Shown: positions 41,450 through 50,425, counted from the first letter of the stretch. The stretch: DNA of 64,000 nucleotides from Capsulimonadaceae bacterium (GCA_965215505.1 OZ244065.1:3840001-3904000), one strand, 5' to 3'. The notes: generated by a model from the sequence alone, not told the origin. Numbers and translations: made by a program.

Positions 41450-41839
41450 GGTAGGTCCTTTCGGGTGTCTCTGCGAGAGGTATACCCACAATCCTCCCGC
41501 CGCTTCCTCTAGGCTTGCCCCCATAACGTCCGGCTGCACTTCGTTGGGGCCAGACACCTGGCAGTCGCCTACTATCCAAGCGCCGCGCCAGGTAAGTGTC
41601 TAAGGCCATGTCCCGCTAATCAAAGCCGTCCGAGGCATCCATGTCCGAGTCTTCCCAATCAGGCAGGTCAGTTAGGCGGGCCTGTTAGAGCTAAAGAGGC
41701 GGATTCTCGTGGGGGTAATGTGCGGGGTCAGTACGATGCCCGCTATTTATCCGCGTGGCGGGTGAAAACGGGTGGTGGATTAGAAATTTCCAGAGTGCGG
41801 ACGTAATCTGGCGTTCAAAGTGAAGGCAATCAAGGAGTT

Positions 41840-42289
41840 CTAATCGATGTCTGTGATATCCCTCTCCTGATAAACGACAAAGATCGGATACTCTGTTACC
41901 GCTTTCCATTCGGCATCTTCCTTTGCCTCCCGGAGCGACAGCCTAACCATGTGTTCTCCTTCACCCTTAGTAGGAAAGGAGCGACCGTTGACGCTGATAC
42001 GCCCACTGCGTAACTTCATTTCGAGTGAGTGGAAGGCTCCCCCCATTTCCTCCCCATCGGGAGATATGACGATTACGCTCTGCTCGAAGCTTTTTCCTTC
42101 ATCTTCCGGCAATTTCCACCACACGGCCACCGCAGACCAGCGAACATCAACGCTCATTTCGCCCGGCTTGCTTTCGCCAAGTGGATAATAGCCAGCGACC
42201 CCTTCCAGCAAGGACACGAGCGTCAAATTGCCGTCGGAATTGTCCTCAATCACACGGGAACACACCGCAAACAGCATGAGGTGGGGCAT
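41840..42289 (-). CDS. DUF6941-like beta-rich protein
   Basis: FAVCSRVIEDNSDGNLTLVSLL start and FPTKGEGEHMVRL end; GGGAG RBS. Confidence 0.7.
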   Translation of the reverse strand: MPHLMLFAVCSRVIEDNSDGNLTLVSLLEGVAGYYPLGESKPGEMSVDVRWSAVAVWWKLPEDEGKSFEQSVIVISPDGEEMGGAFHSLEMKLRSGRISVNGRSFPTKGEGEHMVRLSLREAKEDAEWKAVTEYPIFVVYQERDITDID

Positions 42290-42291
42290 GG

Positions 42292-42840
42292 TTAAACTCC
42301 CAAGAATTCGCGTGTACTCAAGCCATTGGGCGGCATGGCACCATAATCCGGCCTTTTCGTCTCGAACTGGTACTGCATAGTTTCCCTCGGGATATTGGGG
42401 TGGGGCGCGAATGATGACCCCGCCCCCCGGCGCATGGCTCTGCGGGGAAATGTCTTTTGGATTAGAGGAGGGGCAGCCACCTGTGGCAACTGAATCCCAT
42501 GTTTTTTCAGAGCCTGATTGATCCTCTTCCGGTGGAGAGGCCAGTCACTATTCAGCGAGACTCGATAACCCCCCTCTGCGAACCCAGCCAGTATTTCGTT
42601 CCGCATCGCAATCATCGCTTTGGATGACTGTTCAGGCAGAACGTGCGAAAGCATGCCCTCAACGGCCCACACCACGGGCGGGTCATGGTAGAGCCAGCTG
42701 TCGTAATCATCCAGCAAGGAGTTCTTACCAGTTGTTCGTTTCCATTCGAAGACACGCGGCTCTGACCAACCAAGGGTATTGAGAAAAAAGACCTTCCAAC
42801 TGTTAAGGTAGTAATATTTTTGGGCATCGTGGTTCGTCAT
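42292..42840 (-). CDS. Hypothetical protein (candidate antitoxin)
   Basis: 182 aa, spaced 2-3 nt from both neighbours; lower GC. Confidence 0.7.
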   Translation of the reverse strand: MTNHDAQKYYYLNSWKVFFLNTLGWSEPRVFEWKRTTGKNSLLDDYDSWLYHDPPVVWAVEGMLSHVLPEQSSKAMIAMRNEILAGFAEGGYRVSLNSDWPLHRKRINQALKKHGIQLPQVAAPPLIQKTFPRRAMRRGAGSSFAPHPNIPRETMQYQFETKRPDYGAMPPNGLSTREFLGV

Positions 42841-42843
42841 CGC

Positions 42844-43380
42844 TCAATCCTTTTCCTCATGCGTCAACATGACAATCTCGTGGACGTCCAAAGCGCGGGT
42901 TCCAGCGCCTTCAAACTTATATTGAAGCGGGAAGTGCGGGAGTACATCTTGACCATTGTTCCTCAGAAGTGGCCCACAAACCACTCCGTACCCAGTCTCT
43001 CCCATACGCGCATATTTTTTGTAGACGGCTGTGGCTTCTTCAGGATTAAGGATGGTCTGCCTCAACCCGTCGTAAACCCCCCGTTCGATCTTGACGTAAA
43101 CAAGGCAGGCGGTTCCGCCACGCTGCTGGGCCTTGTTCTCCGCACGCTGTATCGCTTTCTGTTTCCCCCTCTCACCATCATCTACGCAGAGCCTAAAAGT
43201 ATAAAATCCTCTGCCGAAGTCTCCCTGCCCAATGTCCTCAATCGTGTCGAAATCCGTCGGGGCAGAAGTCGCAGTTCCATGGATGAAGTAAAGCCAGTCA
43301 TCATCGCAATCATCAAATCCGTGTTGAGCTGACTTTGCTTGTTCGATTATTCTGTTCCCCGGACTGCGCTCTAGGAGCAT
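42844..43380 (-). CDS. DUF3990-like, ADP-ribosyltransferase-fold candidate; start uncertain
   Basis: FIHGT, DFGRGFYT, GYGVVCGP, LQYKF follow the DUF3990 pattern YHGS..DFG.GFY..D.V.GP..Q..F. Confidence 0.68.
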   Translation of the reverse strand: MLLERSPGNRIIEQAKSAQHGFDDCDDDWLYFIHGTATSAPTDFDTIEDIGQGDFGRGFYTFRLCVDDGERGKQKAIQRAENKAQQRGGTACLVYVKIERGVYDGLRQTILNPEEATAVYKKYARMGETGYGVVCGPLLRNNGQDVLPHFPLQYKFEGAGTRALDVHEIVMLTHEEKD

Positions 43381-43407
43381 AGTACCATCTAAGATGTAGC
43401 ATGTCAA
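43379..43407 (-). promoter_or_regulatory. sigma70 promoter with palindrome in the spacer
   Basis: TTGACA-N17-TACTAT on minus; CATCT-A-AGATG at 43386-43396. Confidence 0.6.
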
Positions 43408-43483
43408 TCATCCTGCGATGTGGTGATGGGCACGCTCCTCAGATCGTCACCCATGCCTCGGAGGCGTTTAGACGGGCCTATCG

Positions 43484-43526
43484 AAGAAAGGGGGGCAGGC
43501 CTTGAAGACCCACCCCCCAACTCTTC
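43484..43526 (-). terminator. Terminator of the porin gene
   Basis: Minus strand GGGGGGTGGGTC-TTCAA-GGCCTGCCCCCC-TTTCTT. Confidence 0.6.
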
Positions 43527-43551
43527 GTGCCACCTAAGAACTAGGGCTTGA

Positions 43552-45279
43552 CTAGAACTTGACCTGGATCTCGCCGGTGAACAGGCCGTAGACCGGCGGC
43601 TTCGCGGTGCCGGGCGCGTGTGCCACCAGGTCCGCCCGCTCGTACCACGCCCGCAGCCGGGTGGCTTTGTCCAGGTTGTACAGCACGCCGTACCCGACGT
43701 TCTCGTCCGTATAGGTCCGGTTGCCGCCGGGGTTGAAGGCGTTCGCCTTCCCCTCGCCGCGCCGCAGGACGTCGTACTGGCCCGCCAGGGTCAGCGGGTG
43801 CGTCCCCGTCTGGCCGAAGGTGAAGCCGCCCACCACATAGTAGCCGTCCACATGGTTGTCTTTGGCATACACCGTCGAGGTCGCAAGGGCCGTCGGCGTC
43901 GCGAAGTAAGATCGCTGCTCGTACAGCCCCCCCACATACTCGGCACTCACGAACGGACCTGACGGCAGCACGATCTGCGCGTCCGCCCCGTACAACTCCT
44001 TCTTCCGCCCGGTGTAGTTCGGCCCCGTCCCGGCGAACGCGCCCCCGGCGATGTTGGCCGGGATGCCGCTCGTGTTGATCTGGCCGTAGTAGTAGGACCC
44101 GCCCACCGATACCACCTTGTTGGGCGTCTGGTACGCCACCCGGTAGATCTGGTCCTTGAAGGCGTCCGTGTCGTCGCTGGTCCGGCCCGTGCCGTTGATC
44201 AGGGCGGCGGTCAGCTTGATCCCCGCCGGCAGGAAGACGAGCTGCTGGGGCGTGTTGTAGGAGAGCTGGATGCCCTTGTCGTAGTCCTGCGTCGCGAACA
44301 GCCCCGCCCCGCTCTCCGAGAACGCCAGGGGACGCTCCGGGCTGACCGAGTTCGCCATCGAGCCGGGCAGGATGTACCCGAACGGCGTGGCGAACAGCCC
44401 CGCCGTCGCCGTCAGGTTCTTGGCCGCGTTGCCGTTGCCCAGGGTGTACGCGACGTACCCCTCGCGTACCGTCACCTGCTGGTTGGCGTTCGCCCCGCTC
44501 GTCACCGCGCCGGACGTGTCCACCTGGATCGCGTACTTGGTGTTGCCGGTCACCGCCCCCGAGAACTTCAGCCGCGCGCGCCGCACGTCGAACGTGCTGG
44601 GGCTGCTGCCCGAGAGGTAGTTGCCGTTGTAGGCGCCCGCGCCGCCGGCCACGCCTTGCGGGAACCGCGCCAGAGCGCCCTGGCCCGCCGAGGCGGCCTG
44701 GTAGCGCGCCTGGACGTAGCCGGAGATCTGGAACTTGCGGTCCGTCCCTACGCCGTAGGAGTTGTCTGCGGTCGCCTGCGCCTTGTTGGCGAGCGCCTTG
44801 GCGTCCAGGACGTCCGCCCGCAGGGCATCTATGTTGTCCTGGGCCGTCTTCAGGTTGGTCTGGATGGTGTCAAGCTCGGGCCGGAAGCGGTCCACGAGCG
44901 CCTGGATGCGGTTGAGGTCGTCCTGGGTGACGGTGCCCACGGGGGGCGTCCCGGCGGGGGCGGGAGGAGCGCCGGGCTGCTGGGCGGCGACCAGGTCGGC
45001 GACGGTGCGGAGGGCGCGGTCGAGGGCGATGGCGAACTCGTAGCGGGTCATGGGCCGCTTGCCGCCGAAGGTGCCGTCGGGGTAGCCGATGATGATGCCC
45101 TTCTTGGCGAGGTCCTGGACGGCTTCGTAGGCCCAGTGGTTGGTGGGGGTGTCCAGGAAGGGCGCGGCCTGCGCCTGCGCGGGGGGGGCCATGCCTGCGG
45201 CCAGCCCGCTGCCGATCAGCAGGGCGACCGTGGGGATCAGGACCCCGGCGGTACGGCCTTTGTTACGGAATGATGTCAT
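43552..45279 (-). CDS. SLH-domain outer-membrane porin (OmpM-like)
   Basis: Signal peptide; FLDTPTNHWAYEAV..L..GII.GYPDGTF..TRYEFA; coiled coil; beta-barrel ending GEIQVKF. Confidence 0.88.
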   Translation of the reverse strand: MTSFRNKGRTAGVLIPTVALLIGSGLAAGMAPPAQAQAAPFLDTPTNHWAYEAVQDLAKKGIIIGYPDGTFGGKRPMTRYEFAIALDRALRTVADLVAAQQPGAPPAPAGTPPVGTVTQDDLNRIQALVDRFRPELDTIQTNLKTAQDNIDALRADVLDAKALANKAQATADNSYGVGTDRKFQISGYVQARYQAASAGQGALARFPQGVAGGAGAYNGNYLSGSSPSTFDVRRARLKFSGAVTGNTKYAIQVDTSGAVTSGANANQQVTVREGYVAYTLGNGNAAKNLTATAGLFATPFGYILPGSMANSVSPERPLAFSESGAGLFATQDYDKGIQLSYNTPQQLVFLPAGIKLTAALINGTGRTSDDTDAFKDQIYRVAYQTPNKVVSVGGSYYYGQINTSGIPANIAGGAFAGTGPNYTGRKKELYGADAQIVLPSGPFVSAEYVGGLYEQRSYFATPTALATSTVYAKDNHVDGYYVVGGFTFGQTGTHPLTLAGQYDVLRRGEGKANAFNPGGNRTYTDENVGYGVLYNLDKATRLRAWYERADLVAHAPGTAKPPVYGLFTGEIQVKF

Positions 45280-45552
45280 GCGATGTCTCCTTATTCGATG
45301 CTCTACTCGATGCTGTGCCACTCGGTGAATATGAAAAGCGTTCGGACGTACTAAAGCCCATTATACAACAAGTTCCCGTATTTGCGTAGCGTTTTCTGTA
45401 GTTTTGCCGGTAAATAATATAGGTGAATAGTATGGACAGATGACACGGGATGCGCTGCGAAATGCTGAGAAGGACGGCGACGGTGCCGGGGGAACACTAG
45501 AATACCTGGCTTCTGTTGCCGGATTGTTTCGGGGGTGGGGGCTTCCTTCCGG

Positions 45553-47022
45553 TTACTCCCCGCGCGCCCGCAGCCCAAGCGCCGAGCCGAGCAGGACGCC
45601 CAGGCCCGCCCGCCGTGCGCCGGGGTCGGGTGCGCCGTGGAGGGCGAGGGCCAGGGCGATGACGCAGTCGTCGTGGCCCGCGCCCCGCGCGGCCATCGTC
45701 AGGCGGCCCGGCCCGCCCGCCCCGTACTCGAAGTTCCGCAGCTCGTGGACGAGGGCGGGGAGGGGCGGGAAGAGGAGCGTCCGGGCGGATAGGGCGACGT
45801 TCAGCCCGTCAATGAGGGTCTGCTTGCTTTCCGCGCTGAACAGGAACCGCTCCACGAGCGGGCGCGAAACGCCCTCCCCCGACTGCGCCCGGATCTCCCG
45901 GTCCAGCATGTCGGCGATCGGGTCGCCGAGGCTGCTGCCGTCGGCGAGGACCCGCCGGGGCCGAAACCTGACGATGATCCGGGCGGCGTCGGCGGCCTGC
46001 GTGTTCCAGCCGGTCGCCCGCCAGCGGCTCAGGTGGACCAGCCGGAACGGGTGATGCTCGGCGTCCAGCACGGCGACGACGGTGTAGTCCCATTTGCGGC
46101 CCCAGTCTATGCCGGCGACGTAATAGCGGCCCGGCTCGGGGACGGATTCGGCCGCCGTGCGCCCCCGGTCCAGCAGGACATCGGGCAGGTCGGCGGTGGC
46201 GGCTTCGATGTCCTCCTCGCGGAAGACCATGCCGAAGTCATCAATGAACTTCGCCTCGAACTCCTGCGCGTACAGCAGCTCGCCCATCTCATCCCGCTGC
46301 GACTGCAGCCACGCCCGGTCCAGGTGCCCGTTGTCCGCCGTCGGGCACTGGAAGGCCTGGTAGGAGACGCCGTCACCGTCCGCGTCGGCCCCGCGCCCCG
46401 CGTCGCCCAGGGCATACAGCCGGTAAAAGGCCGAGCGGCGGCCACTCGGGGAGGAGGCCAGCAGGAACTCGCCGCCCTTGTCGGCCAGCATCGGCGGCAG
46501 GACCTCGCACAGCACGCGGTCCGGCACATACGCCGCCTCGTCCACGATGACCCGGTGTGCCCACAGCCCCCGCAGGTTGCGCCCGTCCCGCCCCGCCGTC
46601 CGGCACAACACCTCGGAGGCGGCCAGTTCACCCGGCCCTGTGATGGTCAGTGTCAGGTGCGGGGCGGCGCGGACGGCCACTGTCCGGCCCCGCCCGTCGG
46701 GGTCCCCCGAGGCGAAGGCCGTTTCCAGCCGGTCCCGCACCGCCTGGCCCAGAATCCGCGCCTGGGCCTCCGTGGGCGCGACGAGGAGCTGCCGGCAGGG
46801 CGGCTCCGCCAGGGCCAGCGTCGCGATGTCCACGCTCAGGCACTCCGTCTTCCCCCAGCGCCGCCCGCAGGCCGCCACCCGCACCGAAGCGCCCGCGCAG
46901 AACATTTCCCGCTGCGCCCGATGGGGACGCCACCCCCACACCCTCTCCGCCATCATCAGCCGCTCTAATGCGCTCCGTTCGCGCTCCTTTTCTGTTCGCC
47001 ACACGGGATGCCCGCTTTCCAC
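45553..47022 (-). CDS. Terminase large subunit-like protein (ATPase plus RNase H-like nuclease); start uncertain
   Basis: PHRAQ, ACGRRWGKT, VAPTEAQA, LRG, IVDEAAY, QEFEAKF, GIDWG, DYTV, HDDCVIALALA. Confidence 0.88.
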   Translation of the reverse strand: MESGHPVWRTEKERERSALERLMMAERVWGWRPHRAQREMFCAGASVRVAACGRRWGKTECLSVDIATLALAEPPCRQLLVAPTEAQARILGQAVRDRLETAFASGDPDGRGRTVAVRAAPHLTLTITGPGELAASEVLCRTAGRDGRNLRGLWAHRVIVDEAAYVPDRVLCEVLPPMLADKGGEFLLASSPSGRRSAFYRLYALGDAGRGADADGDGVSYQAFQCPTADNGHLDRAWLQSQRDEMGELLYAQEFEAKFIDDFGMVFREEDIEAATADLPDVLLDRGRTAAESVPEPGRYYVAGIDWGRKWDYTVVAVLDAEHHPFRLVHLSRWRATGWNTQAADAARIIVRFRPRRVLADGSSLGDPIADMLDREIRAQSGEGVSRPLVERFLFSAESKQTLIDGLNVALSARTLLFPPLPALVHELRNFEYGAGGPGRLTMAARGAGHDDCVIALALALHGAPDPGARRAGLGVLLGSALGLRARGE

Positions 47023-47073
47023 CCTCCATGATTACAGTATACCATAATAACAGCAGGCGGTGAATCGAGACTG

Positions 47074-47102
47074 AAAAATCCCCCGCCACTGAGCGCGGGG
47101 GT
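47074..47102 (-). terminator. Intrinsic terminator
   Basis: Minus strand CCCCCGC-GCTCAGTG-GCGGGGG-ATTTTT. Confidence 0.75.
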
Positions 47103-47490
47103 CCTGCTCCGATCTAGGCTTCTTGCCGCGATCACTGTGGCACATCATCAAGTGGGGGGAAGGGCCGCGTGGATGAGGCCGTGGAGGAGTGCGAGCGGGC
47201 GGAGTAGCGCGAGCGGGCAGGTGGGGGACGAGAGGGGGCGAGTGATTGAAATCGCTCGCTGGAAGGTGCTGCGCGCCGGGCGTCCAGGGGACGCGCAGAC
47301 AGAGGAATGATGGGAACACCCAAACGCCAGCCCCGCGCATCAATTTGCCTCTGTCGCCTTTTGCATCCCCTCCTCTCGTATCCCGGAATGCCCGGCGCGC
47401 AGAGGCCGAGCGTCAGCAGGACCAAGCCATGTTTTATTCTCATGTCAAACTCCGCTCATGGGTGCGGCAGCGTACTCACGTCGGCTGCTT
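47074..47490 (-). ncRNA. Candidate structured RNA or structured small-protein mRNA; contains ORF 47132-47443
   Basis: Bounded by a consensus promoter and a terminator; several nested inverted repeats (see findings). Confidence 0.45.
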
Positions 47491-47496
47491 AAAGGG

Positions 47497-47525
47497 ATTA
47501 TAAGATGGGTGTGCAATGTTGTCAA
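47497..47525 (-). promoter_or_regulatory. Perfect-consensus sigma70 promoter
   Basis: TTGACA-ACATTGCACACCCATCT (17 nt)-TATAAT on minus. Confidence 0.85.
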
Positions 47526-47662
47526 GTGGCGGCACAAACGACTTCCACCCGCCTGTCGGTGTCCGTGCCTGCGCCGCCCCATCGCGCCAGCGGCGAAAGC
47601 ATGGTAGAATACACTATCATCGCCCGCCGCCGTGTCCCGTGCCGCTGCGGAAAGGAGGGACT

Positions 47663-49927
47663 ATGCCTGCCACTGACGATCATTCCCATAGCCTCTCGCC
47701 CAACCCGAATTGTCTGCCGGATGCCCCCCCGCCCGCCCCCGGCGGCATGGCGGCCATCCTGGAGCGGGTCAGCGACGGCTTCCTCGCCCTCGACGCGGGC
47801 TGGCGCATCACCTACATCAACGAAAAGGCGGCGCAGGTGTTCGGGCGGCGGCGCGCGGAGCTGTTCGGCAGGGCGGTCTGGGAGGAGTTCCCGGAGGGAG
47901 TCGGGACCGAGATCTACGACGCCTATCACGAGGCGGCGCGGACCCAGCGGCCGCTCCAGATCGAATCTTTCTCCGCCGTCCACGGCCGCTGGTTCGAGTG
48001 CCGGGTCTATCCCGCGCCCGACGGCCTTTCGGTCTTCTTCCAGGACGTGACCGAACTCCGCGAGACCCGGCGGCTGCTGGAGGAGAACGAGCAGCGCTAC
48101 CGTTCGCTCTTCGAGCAGAATGCGGACGCCGTGTTCTCGTTCGACCTGGAGGGGCGGTTCGTGGACGCGAACCCCGCCTGCGAGACGGTCTCCGGGTACA
48201 GCCCGGCGGAGCTGCGCGGCACCCCTTTCCTGCCGCTCGTGGTCCCCGAGGACCGGGAGCGGACGCACGCGCTGTTCCTGAAGGTCGTGCGGGGGGCGTC
48301 GGAGCATGAGGAGATCGCCATCCGGCACAAGGGCGGCCGGCGCGTCGAGGTCAGCATCGCCAAGCTGCCCATCGTCGTAAACGGCGCGGTCGTCGGCGTC
48401 TACGGTATCGCTAAGGACGTCACCGCCCGGAACCGGGATGAGGCCGCCCTGCGCGAGAGCGAGATCTGGCTGCGCGCGGTCGCCGAGGCCGGCCCCGTCC
48501 CCATGACGATCACGCGGTGGTCGGACGGCATGGTCATCTACGCCAACCGGCACGTCCGCGCCCTGTTCGGGGTGCCGCCGGACCAGGAGGTCGTCGGCCG
48601 CTCCACCGCCCAGTTCTTCCTCTCGGCGGCGGACCGCGAGAGGCTGGTCGGGACGCTCACCGAGCATGGCCACGTCGAGGACTGGGAGTGCCGGGTGCGC
48701 CGCGCGGACGGCACGCCGTTCTGGGTCAGCGGCGCGTTCCAGCGCATGGTCTACCAGGGGGAGGAGGCCGTCTTCTCCGTCTACCACGATGTCAGCGCGC
48801 AGAAGCGGCTGCTGGACGAGGCGCGGGCGGAGGCCGAGCAGGACCCGCTGACCGGGCTGCTGAACCACCGCGCGTTCCACCGGCGTTTGGAGGAGGAGGC
48901 CGAGCGGGCGTGTCAGGAGGGCACGGCGCTCGGGATCGCCGTCCTGGACCTGGACAACTTCAAGTTCTTCAACGACACCTACGGCCACGCGGTGGGCGAC
49001 GAGGTGCTGCGCCGGGTCGCCGCCGTCCTGCGGGCCTCCTGCCGGGCTGGTGATGTCCTGGCGCGCTTCGGCGGCGATGAGTTCGCCCTGCTGCTGCCCG
49101 ATGTCGGCCCGGAGGCCACGGCGGAGGGGGTGCTGGCGGCTCTGACGGCCGGCCTCGCGGATGTCCATTACCGGCCCGGCGGTGCGGACGCCGCCATCCC
49201 CATCGGGCTGTCGGCGGGCGTCGCCCTGTTCCCCGCCGAGGCCCCGACCCGGCTCGCCGTCATGCAGATCGCCGACGAGCGCCTGCTGCGCGCCAAGAGC
49301 GGCGCGGGGGCGGGCGCCGGGGCCGAGCGGGTGCGCGGCGCGCTGCGCGACTCGGTCGCGGGCTTTTCCATGCTGGACGCCCTGGTGACGGCGGTGGACG
49401 CCAAGGACCGCTACACCCGCCGCCACTCCGAGGACGTGATGGCCCACGGCCTGGAGATCGCCGCCCGCCTGGGGCTGTCCGAGGCCGACCGGCACACCCT
49501 GGCCGTGGCCGCCCTGCTGCACGACGTTGGCAAGATCGGCGTCCCCGACCAGATCCTCCGCAAGCCGGGGCGGCTGACGGCCGAGGAGTTCGAGGCGGTC
49601 AAACTGCACCCGACGCTGGGCGCGGCCATCGTCGCCGCCGTGCCCGGCCTCGCCGCCGTCCTGGACTCGGTGCGCCACCACCACGAGCGGTGGGACGGCA
49701 TGGGCTACCCCGACGGCCTGCGCGCCGAGCAGACCCCGCCGTTCGCCCGACTGCTTGCCGTCGCCGACGCCTACTCGGCCATGACCTCCGACCGCCCCTA
49801 CCGCAAAGGCCTAACGGCGCAGGAAGCCCGGCGGCGGCTGGCTGAAGGCGCGGGGACGCAGTGGGACCCGGCCTGCGTCGAGGCGTTCCTGGCGGCTGAC
49901 ACGGGGAATGTGGGCGATGAAATCTGA
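47663..49927 (+). CDS. Triple-PAS diguanylate cyclase / HD-GYP phosphodiesterase hybrid
   Basis: Three PAS repeats; DPLTGLLN, RFGGDEF; HDVGKIG, HHERWDGMGYP; AAAGGAGG RBS. Confidence 0.93.
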   Translation: MPATDDHSHSLSPNPNCLPDAPPPAPGGMAAILERVSDGFLALDAGWRITYINEKAAQVFGRRRAELFGRAVWEEFPEGVGTEIYDAYHEAARTQRPLQIESFSAVHGRWFECRVYPAPDGLSVFFQDVTELRETRRLLEENEQRYRSLFEQNADAVFSFDLEGRFVDANPACETVSGYSPAELRGTPFLPLVVPEDRERTHALFLKVVRGASEHEEIAIRHKGGRRVEVSIAKLPIVVNGAVVGVYGIAKDVTARNRDEAALRESEIWLRAVAEAGPVPMTITRWSDGMVIYANRHVRALFGVPPDQEVVGRSTAQFFLSAADRERLVGTLTEHGHVEDWECRVRRADGTPFWVSGAFQRMVYQGEEAVFSVYHDVSAQKRLLDEARAEAEQDPLTGLLNHRAFHRRLEEEAERACQEGTALGIAVLDLDNFKFFNDTYGHAVGDEVLRRVAAVLRASCRAGDVLARFGGDEFALLLPDVGPEATAEGVLAALTAGLADVHYRPGGADAAIPIGLSAGVALFPAEAPTRLAVMQIADERLLRAKSGAGAGAGAERVRGALRDSVAGFSMLDALVTAVDAKDRYTRRHSEDVMAHGLEIAARLGLSEADRHTLAVAALLHDVGKIGVPDQILRKPGRLTAEEFEAVKLHPTLGAAIVAAVPGLAAVLDSVRHHHERWDGMGYPDGLRAEQTPPFARLLAVADAYSAMTSDRPYRKGLTAQEARRRLAEGAGTQWDPACVEAFLAADTGNVGDEI

Positions 49928-50006
49928 GCGCCACCGGCGCGTTGTCCCCGGCGCGTTGATTGAGGCCGCGAAGGGCCGCCCCGGCGGGAACCCGGCCCGG
50001 CGGGAA

Positions 50007-50166
50007 CCCGGCCCTGAAGGGCCGGTCTCCTCCCGGCTTCGCCGGTGGGCTGCCCCTTCGGGGCTTCGGATGAAACCGTTTGGCCTCGTAGGGGCGCCGC
50101 TTGCCGCGCCCTCTTATCCCCACCCGCGCCCTTCACAAAGGAGGGCGCGGCAAGCGGCGCCCCTAC
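50007..50166. repeat. Family B element with an inverted pair of GTAG-type palindromes
   Basis: CCCGGCCCTGAAGGGCCGG arm; GTAGGGGCGCCGCTTGCCGCGCCCTC (50088) and its exact reverse complement (50141-50166). Confidence 0.85.
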
Positions 50167-50195
50167 ACGTCTGACCCCCCGTCGGGTGCCACTCG

Positions 50196-50425
50196 TTGTT
50201 CCTCCTGGCGGTCACCCGGATGCGGCTCAATAAAGAGAAGACGGCCGTGGTGGTGAACGAGGCGTTGACGCTGGCTGGGGTCCCGCCGGGGGCTTTCGAG
50301 TACCGGCTCGGCAACCGGAATACATCGTGCGGCTGATGCGCTGCGTCGTCACTGTCTGCGTTGAGTCGGCGCGGCTCTTGGCGGGCCTGCCCTCCCTCCT
50401 TCCCCGGCCTGCCCTCTCCTCCTAG
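50196..50425 (+). pseudogene. Relic of a Type ISP restriction-modification C-terminal domain
   Basis: MRLNKEKTAVVVNEALTLAGVPPGAFEYRLGNR, then in another frame EYIVRLMRCVVTVCVESARLLAGLP. Confidence 0.7.

Noticed and set aside
41629-43462. 10-bp inverted repeat TCCGAGGCAT/ATGCCTCGGA flanking the island
   Set aside because: Too short, found post hoc, no target duplication or transposase.
47074-47490. Identity as tmRNA, RNase P or SRP RNA
   Set aside because: No tRNA-like ends, no GAGGAAAGUCC, no SRP helix-8 motif seen; 6S not formally excluded without cmscan.
43552-49927. Prophage around the terminase
   Set aside because: Flanks are host genes; no integrase, portal, capsid or tail recognised.
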